This document shows positions 47,742-56,793 of a DNA stretch of 64,000 nt, one piece after another. The notes under the pieces are model-generated. The model saw nothing but the letters and a program-made list of their open reading frames with translations. It made no database searches and was not told where the DNA came from. A program made the position numbers and the translations under genes. Each line of letters opens with the position of its first letter. Position 1 is the stretch's first letter. The DNA comes from Pyrinomonadaceae bacterium (GTDB taxonomy: Bacteria; Acidobacteriota; Blastocatellia; Pyrinomonadales; Pyrinomonadaceae), in NCBI GenBank assembly GCA_036506215.1, contig DASXSC010000093.1, forward strand, positions 386 to 64,385. The letters are read 5' to 3'.

Positions 47742-49354
47742 CAGTTCCCTCCTTCCGCGGCCTGCACGGCAGTAACAAAATCGCGCAGGTCTTTGGGATC
47801 GAATGAGCTGTAATTGCGTATGACGTAGGGCACCAGGTGGGTGAGGAAGTCTTCCTTTTGATCGTTTGGCGGCGAGCCGACGTAAACCGCGCTGGCGCTC
47901 CAGTCGTGTTCTCGACCGTAGCCGTAGGCTTTCTCAAGGTCTTCGAGATTCTTGCGCACCCAGGGCTCGTCGGCACTGCCGAAGTAGATGAGCGCCGCGT
48001 CACACTCTCTGAGGTTCTTGCGGTGATAATCCATAAGCGTATCCATGCCATTCTGGTCAAACCACGGGATGACCTCCAGGTTTTGTTCGTAGAGGTATTT
48101 TTTTATCGGCCGCACGAAACTCCGGTCGCGGTCTTCACAGATGAGGTATACATGTCTAAACTTTGAGCGCTCGCTGCCGTGCGCCGTCGTCTTCTCAGGC
48201 GGATTTAGTTTTTCGACAATGCGCGTCTTTAGATCCTCCACGCTTGTTTGCAAGAGCTCCGAGCCGCCCGTAATGCGATTTTGGAGTTCACTCACGAAAG
48301 ACTTCTGGCGTTCATCGGTGATTTCCAGCGCCGGTGTCATCAATCCCTGCGGCATCCAGAGTAGACGCAAAAAGGCTGGATCAGCCGCGCCGTGTTGAGC
48401 AGCCAGTTCTTCCTGGATGCGAACCACGGAGCGCGCGTCGTCTTCGGGTGTCGAGCCATAGCGCGTCCCTACCAGGTGCACAGAAAGCGCGCAACGCGTG
48501 AGGGCCGCGCGAACGGTATTTTCAGTTTGCTTCACCTCTTCGAGCGGCAGCTTCTGCTCGGGCAACACGCCGTAGCCGCGCTGCCGCAACTCGTCACGCA
48601 CAAGCTCGCGCTCGTCCGCCAGATCAGATGTAGTCTCGGCGAGATAGACTAACTTCGATGATACCAACGCGCCCTTCCCATTGGGTTGGTTAGTCAACGG
48701 CTTCGACGAAGCATTCGTGGCATTTGTGATGGCGGGTGCATTAGTGGAAGCCGGGTTTAACCGGGAGGCGTCAAGAGGTCCCGTTTGTTTTGTCTCCGAA
48801 GAATGCTTCAACTCAATAAGAGTCTTGGTGATGTCAGCCACAAGCCGGTTCAGCATTCGCCAGTAGTGCTTATCATCCGGTTCGGGGCTGAACTCAGTCA
48901 GCAGACCCGTCGCTTCATCCTCCGCGTAGAACTGGTAGCCGATGAGATTTCTTATCTGCGCCGGCTCTCGCTTTTTCAGGTGAGCGGGCAGCGGAGTTTT
49001 CACCACCTTGAAGACGCGTGAGCGGAAACCGGGCGCGGCCTCACTCGCCAGTGGTTCGCCTGCGTGAAAGGCTTCCATCTCCCGGCAGCACCAGTCTGAC
49101 TGGACGTATCGCGGAGAGATGACCGGGATGAGCAAAAGCGACTGCGTAACGCCCTCGCTGATTGCCCCACCCAATTCATCATTGCCCTGGAGGTTGTGAC
49201 CATCGCGCCAGATTTCCGGCTCGTAGCCGAGTGCCTGTCCTACCAGCACCAAAAGGCGTTCGTGGAGCAGGTCAATCCAGCCCTTCTCCTGGCCGAAGGG
49301 ATTAAGGTCGTCAAGGTGTCCGTAGCTAATAAAGATATCGTGAGTAAAAGACAT
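47741..49354 (-). CDS. TIR domain protein with two additional DUF4062/TIR-like Rossmannoid modules (537 aa)
   Basis: DIFISYGHLD...LLLIPVISPRYVQSDWCCREMEAF (TIR, putative catalytic Glu92). VYLAETTSDLADERELVRDEL...SVHLVGTRYGS (DUF4062 consensus). VYLICEDRDRSFVRPIKKYL...CDAALIYFGS (third TIR-like module). SD GGAGG lies 8 nt upstream. Confidence 0.8.
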   Translation of the reverse strand: MSFTHDIFISYGHLDDLNPFGQEKGWIDLLHERLLVLVGQALGYEPEIWRDGHNLQGNDELGGAISEGVTQSLLLIPVISPRYVQSDWCCREMEAFHAGEPLASEAAPGFRSRVFKVVKTPLPAHLKKREPAQIRNLIGYQFYAEDEATGLLTEFSPEPDDKHYWRMLNRLVADITKTLIELKHSSETKQTGPLDASRLNPASTNAPAITNATNASSKPLTNQPNGKGALVSSKLVYLAETTSDLADERELVRDELRQRGYGVLPEQKLPLEEVKQTENTVRAALTRCALSVHLVGTRYGSTPEDDARSVVRIQEELAAQHGAADPAFLRLLWMPQGLMTPALEITDERQKSFVSELQNRITGGSELLQTSVEDLKTRIVEKLNPPEKTTAHGSERSKFRHVYLICEDRDRSFVRPIKKYLYEQNLEVIPWFDQNGMDTLMDYHRKNLRECDAALIYFGSADEPWVRKNLEDLEKAYGYGREHDWSASAVYVGSPPNDQKEDFLTHLVPYVIRNYSSFDPKDLRDFVTAVQAAEGGN

Positions 49355-49494
49355 GGGGCTTACCTCCGGACTTTGTTCTGCCGGCAGCCTCGGGTTAGAA
49401 GAGGACTTAATCGGTTTCGGCGAGAGTACCGGCGCAGCCTACTAAGGCCTGATAGCAGGAATGCCTTAAGAGGCGAGGTTTAATTACTAACCGC

Positions 49495-49524
49495 TGTATA
49501 CATTGAGGGCCGCGATCCTGTCAA
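49495..49524 (-). promoter_or_regulatory. Candidate sigma70-type promoter for the TIR/STAND operon (TTGACA-18-TATACA on the minus strand)
   Basis: Minus-strand TTGACA at 49524-49519 and TATACA at 49500-49495, ~140 nt upstream of the TIR start. Hexamer match only. Confidence 0.35.
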
Positions 49525-49612
49525 CCAGATGTTATGCGTGGAGGCTCGCGCCAGTGAAGTAAGCGTAACGTCGAGCCATGAGATCTCTTCTACGCTGACT
49601 ATCAGCCTCTTG

Positions 49613-49730
49613 CTGGGACCGCGGGCGTCTCGCTCGCCTCCCTGGAATGCCACTTTGCCAAAGTTGACAACTTCAACCCAAACTTGATTGAACGCGTTGC
49701 TTGAGGCGGGCGAGACGCCCGCGGTCCCAG
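49613..49730. repeat. Family-C MITE-like element (ctgggaccgcgggcgtctcgctcgcctc / gaggcgggcgagacgcccgcggtcccag)
   Basis: 28-bp near-perfect terminal inverted repeats at 49613-49640 and 49703-49730. The interior contains gccaaagttgac, also seen in family-B units. Confidence 0.75.
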
Positions 49731-49741
49731 CGGAAACGCCG

Positions 49742-51118
49742 TTAGTTTTGCAGCAGCTCGGCGGAACCCCGGGTTCTCACTAGCATCAGCAGCAACAACG
49801 CCGCTGTTGCACCAAGGACCGCACTTACAAGGAAAGCCGTTTGCGGGCCGCGCCAATCCCACAAAGCGCCCATCAGCAAAGACGCCGGAAGCACTGTTAT
49901 TCCGAAAGCAAGATTATACAACCCATACGCTGTGCCACGTTGCTCGGGTCTCACTAAATCAGCAACCAAAGCCTTCTCGGCGCCTTCCGCCAGTCCAAAA
50001 TAGATCCCATAGATCAGGAATAGTATCCACACCGAAATGTGATTTGAGACGAAGGCAAACCCAGCATACACTGCGGCGTAAAGAACCCATCCGGAAACTA
50101 TTAACCGGCGGCGACCGAGGGTGTCCGAGAGATGGCCGCCGAAAAGGGAGCTGACGACTTTGCTGACGTGCAGAATGGCCCAAAGCAAGGGAATTGCCGC
50201 AATCGAGACGCCCGCCGATTGTGCGCGCAACAGCAGAAAGGCGTCGGAAGAATTCGACAGCGTAAACAGTGCCACGATTACCAGGAAGCGTTTGAAGTTG
50301 CCGTCAAAGCCACCCAGCGAAAAACGCAACGGAGCACTCTTTATATCCGGAGCGATTCCCAGGGCCGCATCAAGAGCGGCATCCGGCGCCGCATTCGGCC
50401 TAAACGACTCGCGCACGAAGAATGCGACAACGACCACAGCCGCAAGTGCGGGAATGGAAGCCAGTAAAAAGATCTTGTTGAAGACTCCGGCGGTCGGGGC
50501 GTTACGATCAGCCGAGAAAAGCAGCAACAGCAGGTAACCAATCAACGGGCCGACGACTGCTCCGGTGTGATCCATCGCCCGATGAAGTCCAAAGGCCAGC
50601 CCACGCTCTTCGACAACGACGGTATCCGCGATCATCGCGTCGCGTGGCGCGCTGCGTACGCCTTTCCCCACGCGGTCGGCTACCCGCATTACCAACACCT
50701 GATACCAAGTAGCGGCAAACGCCAGCAATGGCCTGGCAAAGCTTGAGAGGGCGTATCCCAGAACAACGAAGATTTTCCGTTTGCCCAGGCGATCGCTGAA
50801 ATGACCAGCAAAGAGCTTCAGCAAACTCGAGATCGATTCCGCTGCTCCTTCGATCAGTCCAACAATTCCGGGTGAAGCACCTAAGGTCAGCGAGAGGAAT
50901 ACCGGCAACAACGGGTAGATGATCTCGCTCGAGGCATCGTTTAGCAGACTAACAAGACTGATCGCGAAAACATTGCGGGGCAGACGGCGGTAGCGGCGCC
51001 ATAATCCGGAGATTCCTCCCTGGAGGGGCGCAGCTAGTGCGGGCAAGTCTGCTTGCAGAGCAGGAACTAAAGCGGGATCGAGCGGATCGGCGGCATCATC
51101 GGTATCAATCTTCCCCAT
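49742..51118 (-). CDS. MFS transporter
   Basis: About 12 TM helices and a GHFSDRLGKRK-type loop motif. Confidence 0.8.
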   Translation of the reverse strand: MGKIDTDDAADPLDPALVPALQADLPALAAPLQGGISGLWRRYRRLPRNVFAISLVSLLNDASSEIIYPLLPVFLSLTLGASPGIVGLIEGAAESISSLLKLFAGHFSDRLGKRKIFVVLGYALSSFARPLLAFAATWYQVLVMRVADRVGKGVRSAPRDAMIADTVVVEERGLAFGLHRAMDHTGAVVGPLIGYLLLLLFSADRNAPTAGVFNKIFLLASIPALAAVVVVAFFVRESFRPNAAPDAALDAALGIAPDIKSAPLRFSLGGFDGNFKRFLVIVALFTLSNSSDAFLLLRAQSAGVSIAAIPLLWAILHVSKVVSSLFGGHLSDTLGRRRLIVSGWVLYAAVYAGFAFVSNHISVWILFLIYGIYFGLAEGAEKALVADLVRPEQRGTAYGLYNLAFGITVLPASLLMGALWDWRGPQTAFLVSAVLGATAALLLLMLVRTRGSAELLQN

Positions 51119-51130
51119 GATCTTCGCGGT

Positions 51131-51358
51131 TCAGCGAACAGAGGCTCGCCTGGTTGGCGCGGATGGTTGCCGGGTTGGACTGGGTTTAGCAGTAAGCCGG
51201 CTGCTCCACCACCAAAAGCCGCCGGCGCCGAGCAACGCGATCAGAATTATGCCGACAATAGCCACCCTGATTGCCCAACGAATTGCCAGTCTCGCAATCA
51301 GGAAAAAGATGGCCAGTAAAACTATGCCGGCGATTACGAAGATGGTGCTGAAGGTCAT
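51131..51358 (-). CDS. Small two-TM membrane protein (hypothetical)
   Basis: 75 aa with two hydrophobic helices, 12 nt upstream of the MFS gene on the same strand. Confidence 0.45.
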   Translation of the reverse strand: MTFSTIFVIAGIVLLAIFFLIARLAIRWAIRVAIVGIILIALLGAGGFWWWSSRLTAKPSPTRQPSAPTRRASVR

Positions 51359-51367
51359 GAATTAATT

Positions 51368-51484
51368 AGTGGGCGGTGGGCAGTGGGCAGTTGACTGGTC
51401 CTTGTAAATATCGTTGGTGTGTCATTAGTTATTATTCCTTTTGTTGTCTGCTCAGTGCCGACCGCTCACTGCCCACCGCTCACT
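51368..51484. repeat. Long-range inverted repeat with octamer-periodic arms (agtgggcggtgggcagtgggcag / ctgctcagtgccgaccgctcactgcccaccgctcact)
   Basis: Arms at 51368-51390 and 51448-51484. The right arm overlaps the queF stop codon. Confidence 0.6.
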
Positions 51485-51902
51485 GTTTCTTATAAGTGGC
51501 TCGCACGACAGTCTTGATGTTTCCACGGACGTGAAAGTCGCCTTCAATCTCAACGCTTAGAGGATCGCAGGCCTGTACGAAGTCTTCAAGAATTATGTTG
51601 ATGACATGCTCATGAAAGATCTTCACATTTCTAAATGAATTGATGTAGAGCTTCAAGCTCTTCAATTCCACACAACGCTCGTGGGGGACATATTCGAGAC
51701 GAATGGTGGCAAAGTCGGGAAAGTCGGAGAACGGGCAGATAGCGGTGAATTCGGTGATCTTGAAATCGATTTTTATCTCACGACCGGGAAACTCATAAGC
51801 GAAGGTGTCGAGCGGGAACAGATTCATTTCTTCCCGTGGTGTCGAGCGGACGTCCAGACCCTGCTGATTGACGGGCGCGAGTGGGCTTTCCCCAATTGCC
51901 AT
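51480..51902 (-). CDS. queF: NADPH-dependent 7-cyano-7-deazaguanine (preQ0) reductase, type I
   Basis: [12 protein letters not shown] (catalytic Cys) and the ELKSLKLY QueF motif; 140 aa. Confidence 0.9.
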   Translation of the reverse strand: MAIGESPLAPVNQQGLDVRSTPREEMNLFPLDTFAYEFPGREIKIDFKITEFTAICPFSDFPDFATIRLEYVPHERCVELKSLKLYINSFRNVKIFHEHVINIILEDFVQACDPLSVEIEGDFHVRGNIKTVVRATYKKQ

Positions 51903-52022
51903 TTTTGCTCCTTAGAAATCGAAAAGCGATCTTAACTGAGCGTCCGACCTGCTGCAATTCGCCGTAATTTTGGGGGTCTCCTAATTTTGATCAGCAAAGA
52001 CCGCAGGCGTATTGACAAGAGT

Positions 52023-52781
52023 TTAGGCGTAGCCTGCGCTACGCCCAATGGTGAACACCTTAACCAACACAAGGCCCGCGACGAAACCGCCGATGTGGGC
52101 AGCGTAGGCCACGCCACCTAATTGCGATCCGCCTCCAAGAAGAGTGGTTCCGCTAATTATTTGAAACACGAACCAAATTCCGATGGCGACGTAGGCGGGA
52201 ACGTCAGTGACGAAACGAAACACGATCGCCGTCACGCGGCGATGGGGAAAGAGCACGATGTAGCCACCGAGAACCCCGGAAATCGCTCCCGAAGCTCCCA
52301 GGCTGGGTATCAACAGACTACTTGGATCGGTAGCAAACATCGCGGTAGTCAACACATGAGCCAGTGATGCCAGCACGCCGCAAACAAGATAAAAGATTAG
52401 ATACCGCAGATGGCCCATTCGGTCCTCAACGTTATCGCCAAAAATCCAGAGAAAGAGCATGTTGCCGGCGATGTGGGCGATGCCGCCGTGCATGAACATC
52501 GAAAGCAGCAACGTTAGATAAACGGAAATCGGAGTCCGTTGCAGACCTGGCACCAGCAATTGCTGACCGGTGACAGGATGTTCCAGCACGCGATCTGGAG
52601 TCCTGATATCGCGGCCGCTAATAATCTCCTCTGGCACCGTCGAGAACGCATAGGTAAATCTATCGTTAGTGCCAAGCTGCTGGAGGAAAACAAAGACGAG
52701 GATATTGGTCGCAATCAGTGCATAGTTAACTATCGGTGTGGTGGTGCGATCACTGTTGTCGTCATAAAGTGGAAAAATCAC
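52023..52781 (-). CDS. Rhomboid family intramembrane serine protease
   Basis: HGGIAHIAGNMLFLWIFG and GASGAISGVLG (catalytic Ser) ... AHIGGF (His). Confidence 0.88.
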   Translation of the reverse strand: MIFPLYDDNSDRTTTPIVNYALIATNILVFVFLQQLGTNDRFTYAFSTVPEEIISGRDIRTPDRVLEHPVTGQQLLVPGLQRTPISVYLTLLLSMFMHGGIAHIAGNMLFLWIFGDNVEDRMGHLRYLIFYLVCGVLASLAHVLTTAMFATDPSSLLIPSLGASGAISGVLGGYIVLFPHRRVTAIVFRFVTDVPAYVAIGIWFVFQIISGTTLLGGGSQLGGVAYAAHIGGFVAGLVLVKVFTIGRSAGYA

Positions 52782-52869
52782 CTTGCGCCCCCTGTGTTCT
52801 AAAATGGCTGCACGATTATCTGTGGAATCATCTGAAATACCCTCGGACCATCAAGCCATTAGCCGGCAC

Positions 52870-54312
52870 TCATTCCGCCGGCATAGACACACCAGCATGA
52901 ACAATCGCCGGTTCGTGAGCCCGCAATAGCTCGTAACCCTCCGAGCGGGCCACGTAAGTTGCCGCGGTAATGTCGCCGACAACGTTAAGCGTCGTACGGC
53001 ACATGTCGAGTATTCGATCCACGCCAAGGATGATCGCAATCAACGCCGGATTCACGCCGATGGTGACAAGTACGCCGATGATGAAAGGAATCGAGCCTGA
53101 AGGTACCCCAGCCGTTCCGATTCCGCCGAGAATGGCCAGATAGACCACCATCAATTGCTGGCCCAGCGACAGATCGACGCCGGCAAGTTGGGCCAGAAAA
53201 AGCACGGTCACACCTTCATACAACGCCGTGCCGTTTTGGTTAGCGGTGGCGCCGACAGTAAGCACAAAACTGTTAATCTCCTGCGGCACGCCCAGGTTTT
53301 CTTCAGAAATCTTTAGCGCGGTCGGCAGCGTCGCGTTCGAAGAAGACGTCGAGAAAGCCGTCAATATTACTGTTTTGATGCGCCTGAAAAAGTCGATTGG
53401 CGAGAGCCGTGACAGGAAATAAACGGATAGCGAGTAGACGCCAAACATGTGCAGCGATAGTCCGAGCAGCACCGTTATTACAAACCAACCGAGCGCTTGC
53501 AGGAGGTCGAGACCGAAACGCGCGGTGTTATTGAAAAGCAAACATGCCACCGCATAAGGAGCAAACTTCATGATCATCTCGATGATCTTGGCCGTGATTT
53601 CGTAGAGTGCCTCAAGGCCGCGGAGTAAAGGCGCAGTGATGCTGACTGGAATAAGCGTAATGGCAATGCCGATCACCAGGGCGAAAAACATGAGGTGAAG
53701 CATATTCGGATTTTCACCGGCCACCGCGAACACGGGATTCTTCGGAACAATTGTTTCCACGACGGCCATCAGCGGTTTCGGAGCCGCAGTGCTGGCCTTC
53801 TTAGCATCCTCAACTGTCTTCGTAGCGTCAGTCGCGTAGCGCTGTTGCAGTGCCGCGGAGGTGGCGGGATCAATTCGCTTGCCCGGCTTGATCGTGTTAG
53901 CAAGAGTTAATCCGATGACCACCGAGATTGCTGAGATGACCAAACAATAGGCAAACGACTTCAAACCTACGCGCCCCAGTTTGCGAATGTCTCCGATGCC
54001 TGCCACACCGACGACCAGTGAAGAAAAAACCAGTGGTACTACAATCATAAGGAGCAGGCGTAGGAATAGCTGTCCGATGGGCTGCGTGATGTTATCTATC
54101 ACCCAGGCCACCCGCGGATGATCGCCACCAAATGCGGAGTTGACAGAAACGCCGGCAATCACACCCACTGCCAGCCCGATCAGAATGCGCGAGTGCAGCG
54201 CCAGGCCCTTCGGCTTATCCGGCGTTTCTTCGTCGAGGTCCGTCGTAACTTCCCGCTCAAATGCGTCGGCGTCGATCGTTCGTTTGGTTTTGTCTTTTTT
54301 ATTCTCAGGCAT
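52870..54312 (-). CDS. Dicarboxylate/amino acid:cation symporter (DAACS, GltP-like)
   Basis: FSTSSSNATLP and GIPSGSI-type hairpin motifs (AFSTSSSNATLPTAL; GTAGVPSGSIPFI). Confidence 0.88.
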   Translation of the reverse strand: MPENKKDKTKRTIDADAFEREVTTDLDEETPDKPKGLALHSRILIGLAVGVIAGVSVNSAFGGDHPRVAWVIDNITQPIGQLFLRLLLMIVVPLVFSSLVVGVAGIGDIRKLGRVGLKSFAYCLVISAISVVIGLTLANTIKPGKRIDPATSAALQQRYATDATKTVEDAKKASTAAPKPLMAVVETIVPKNPVFAVAGENPNMLHLMFFALVIGIAITLIPVSITAPLLRGLEALYEITAKIIEMIMKFAPYAVACLLFNNTARFGLDLLQALGWFVITVLLGLSLHMFGVYSLSVYFLSRLSPIDFFRRIKTVILTAFSTSSSNATLPTALKISEENLGVPQEINSFVLTVGATANQNGTALYEGVTVLFLAQLAGVDLSLGQQLMVVYLAILGGIGTAGVPSGSIPFIIGVLVTIGVNPALIAIILGVDRILDMCRTTLNVVGDITAATYVARSEGYELLRAHEPAIVHAGVSMPAE

Positions 54313-54327
54313 GATGTTTAGTTTCGC

Positions 54328-54515
54328 GTTTCGATTTTCGAGTTCCGGGTTTAGAGTTCCAAGTTCCGATTCAGGTTCCGAGGTCGATTTGTGTTTTTAG
54401 TTAGGAATTCCGGTTAGCGGCTTCCTGAGTGATAATTCAAATCGCGACTGAACATAAGAGCAACAACCGGAATCAAGAACTCGAGACTCGGAACCCGAAA
54501 CTCGGAACTCGAAAC
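54328..54515. repeat. Long inverted repeat with heptamer-periodic arms (ttcgag ttccggg tttagag ttccaag ttccga / tcgagactcggaacccgaaactcggaactcgaaac)
   Basis: Imperfect ~35-bp arms at 54328-54369 and 54481-54515, between the symporter start and the nadK stop. Confidence 0.6.
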
Positions 54516-54520
54516 TGTTC

Positions 54521-55417
54521 TTACCTTCCCCAGCGCAGTTTGTCGCGCAGCACATCGAAGTAGTTTCGGTTCATGGGCTGCACAAGGTTGAATGTAGTCT
54601 TGCTCTTCCGGATGATTACCCGATCATCAACTTTCAACGGAAAGCCAACCTGGCCATCCAGCGTTAACGCAACGTCCTCCTGCTCAGTCTTCAAACACAG
54701 TTCAATAACAGCATCATCCGGTACGACGATAGGGCGATTGGACAGTGTGAAGGGGCAAATCGGAGTAATGACGACCGCATTCATCGAGGGGAAAATAACT
54801 GGACCGCCCGCCGAGAGATTGTAAGCAGTGGATCCCGTGGGGGTAGAAACGATCAGGCCGTCAGCGCGGAATGAATTTACAAACTGCTGATTGAGATAAG
54901 CCTCTATTTCAATTATGCGGGCCAGCGCCGACTTGTTAATCACGACATCGTTGAGCACTCGATTGTGCGTTACCTCTTCGTCACCGCGAAGAAGCTCGAC
55001 GTCAAGCATCACGCGTTTGTCCAGACGATAGTTGCCGGCAAGAATCGATTCGAGTGCTGTGTGTAATTCTTCAATGCGAAACTCAGCGAGGTAGCCCAGG
55101 CCGCCATAATTAACACCGAGCACCGGCACTTCCGTTGCGCGCATCAACCGGGCAGTGGCGATCATTGTGCCGTCGCCGCCGAGCACGAGAATAAGATCAA
55201 CGCTTTCGGCGAGTTTCTCGGGCGGTATTTCCTCAACCGCGCAGCCGGTCTGCTGTCCAATTCGCTCGCGTTCAATTTCGGGTCCGCCAACCAGAGTGAT
55301 CCCCCGCTCGGCAAGCCAGACCACCAGATCGCACATCGTCTTTAATGCGTCAGGCTGATGTTGCTTGAGAACTACGCCAATACGCTTTATGGACGAGATC
55401 GTCATCGCGCTTTGCAA
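54521..55417 (-). CDS. nadK: NAD+ kinase
   Basis: LVLGGDGTMI motif and STPTGSTAYNLSAGGP. Confidence 0.92.
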   Translation of the reverse strand: MQSAMTISSIKRIGVVLKQHQPDALKTMCDLVVWLAERGITLVGGPEIERERIGQQTGCAVEEIPPEKLAESVDLILVLGGDGTMIATARLMRATEVPVLGVNYGGLGYLAEFRIEELHTALESILAGNYRLDKRVMLDVELLRGDEEVTHNRVLNDVVINKSALARIIEIEAYLNQQFVNSFRADGLIVSTPTGSTAYNLSAGGPVIFPSMNAVVITPICPFTLSNRPIVVPDDAVIELCLKTEQEDVALTLDGQVGFPLKVDDRVIIRKSKTTFNLVQPMNRNYFDVLRDKLRWGR

Positions 55418-55645
55418 TTAACCGATAGTTACGTTCTGGGTGATTGTTGGAAATCGCCGGCAATGGTAACTGCAAGCGTGACTGGTGGGCAATATGCGAA
55501 GCAGCGGGGGCAAGCCCACCTTCCGGACCCTTGAGCTTCTCAAGCTTGGCAATGCTTCCGAATTGGAGTGGCTTTCAATGAAGAAGAAACGCGGGACAAG
55601 ATAGTCTCGAGGTCAGGAAGGTGGGCTTGCCCCCGCTCATTGACG

Positions 55646-56416
55646 CTAACGTTTCTCGTAAAGCGCGAGGAATTCAAGATTGCCGTCCGCGCCATGAATT
55701 GGAGACTCGATGATATTTCTTACGCTGAGGCCCAACGCTTCAGCCGCGTGGTTGACCTCGTCGATCACCCGCGCGTGTTTCTCTTTGTCGCGAACTATGC
55801 CTCCCTTTCCGACTTCACCGCGACCAACTTCAAACTGAGGCTTAATGAGTGTTATCAACAAGCCAATGTCCTTCAGCAGCGGCACTATCGCGGGCATGAT
55901 TTTCGTGGCGGATATGAATGAGACATCCACGACTGCGAGATCAAATTTTGTCGCGAAATCTTCCGGCTTGAGGTAGCGCGCATTGATTCCTTCTCTAACT
56001 TCCACTCTGGCATCAGTGCGCAATCGCCAATCGATTTGATTGTGACCGACGTCGATAGCAGTGACCTTCTCCGCTCTGTGTTGCAGCAAACAATCCGTGA
56101 AACCGCCCGTTGAAGCGCCGACGTCCAGGCAATGAAATCCCTCTACATCAATTGCAAACTCACGCAGCGCCGTTTCGAGTTTTAGGCCGCCGCGACCCAC
56201 ATAGCGTGAAGTTGGGTCGTTTCCGCCTTTGATACGGATCTCGGCATTTGGGCTGGCAGTGTCTGAAGGTTTGTTGACGCGTTGTTCGTCAACTAGTACG
56301 ACGCCGGACATGACCAATGCCTGCGCTTTGGTGCGCGATTCGGCCAGGCCGCGCTGGACCAGCAGCTTGTCAATTCTCTCGGGGCGCAAAGATCGCTCAG
56401 GTCGCTCATGCTTCAT
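55646..56416 (-). CDS. tlyA: TlyA family rRNA (cytidine-2'-O)-methyltransferase
   Basis: N-terminal S4 domain (RIDKLLVQRGLAESRTKAQ) and FtsJ-like CLDVGASTGGFTDCLL. Confidence 0.9.
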   Translation of the reverse strand: MKHERPERSLRPERIDKLLVQRGLAESRTKAQALVMSGVVLVDEQRVNKPSDTASPNAEIRIKGGNDPTSRYVGRGGLKLETALREFAIDVEGFHCLDVGASTGGFTDCLLQHRAEKVTAIDVGHNQIDWRLRTDARVEVREGINARYLKPEDFATKFDLAVVDVSFISATKIMPAIVPLLKDIGLLITLIKPQFEVGRGEVGKGGIVRDKEKHARVIDEVNHAAEALGLSVRNIIESPIHGADGNLEFLALYEKR

Positions 56417-56484
56417 CTGCAGCTACTCTACCGCAGAACGCGATGATGAGCGCGCTAATTTGTCCAGGGAAAATGGCCCAGTTC

Positions 56485-56793
56485 TTAGGCCTGGCGTCGT
56501 GCCGCTTGGGTGATGGCGCGCGGCGTATCCCTTAGTTGGAGATCGTCCGCACAAGCTGCACACAGCCACACTAGAATATGAGGTGCGTCCGCCCAGAAGA
56601 AAGAGCCCACCTTGCCGGCCACCTGCATTGCGCGATCGATAGGCAGTTGCTGAAGCGCCTGCACATAGAAAACACCATTGTAGAACTCGCCTTCCGCGCC
56701 TTCGTCTCTATGAATGCACTCTCGCTCACGAAACACTTGTCTCATAAAAATCCCTACTTTCTCGCGACGCATCGCGAAAAAATGATTAGTCAA
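56485..56793 (-). CDS. Hypothetical protein (weak call)
   Basis: ORF only; no recognisable motif. Same strand as its neighbours. Confidence 0.3.
   Translation of the reverse strand: MTNHFFAMRREKVGIFMRQVFRERECIHRDEGAEGEFYNGVFYVQALQQLPIDRAMQVAGKVGSFFWADAPHILVWLCAACADDLQLRDTPRAITQAARRQA

Noticed and set aside
41751-49730. Classical genomic island or prophage calling for the bracketed segment
   Set aside because: I recognised no integrase, transposase, tRNA attachment site or phage structural genes. Only the flanking MITE-like repeats support an accessory origin, so it is reported as a hypothesis rather than as a mobile element feature.
51903-52022. preQ1 riboswitch upstream of queF
   Set aside because: Reading the minus strand, I could not find the compact P1 hairpin followed by the A-rich tail and the ...CUA(A)GG pseudoknot-forming consensus of preQ1-I. 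I also found no preQ1-II/III-like features. The only resemblance is a loose 'cccccaaaattac' stretch.
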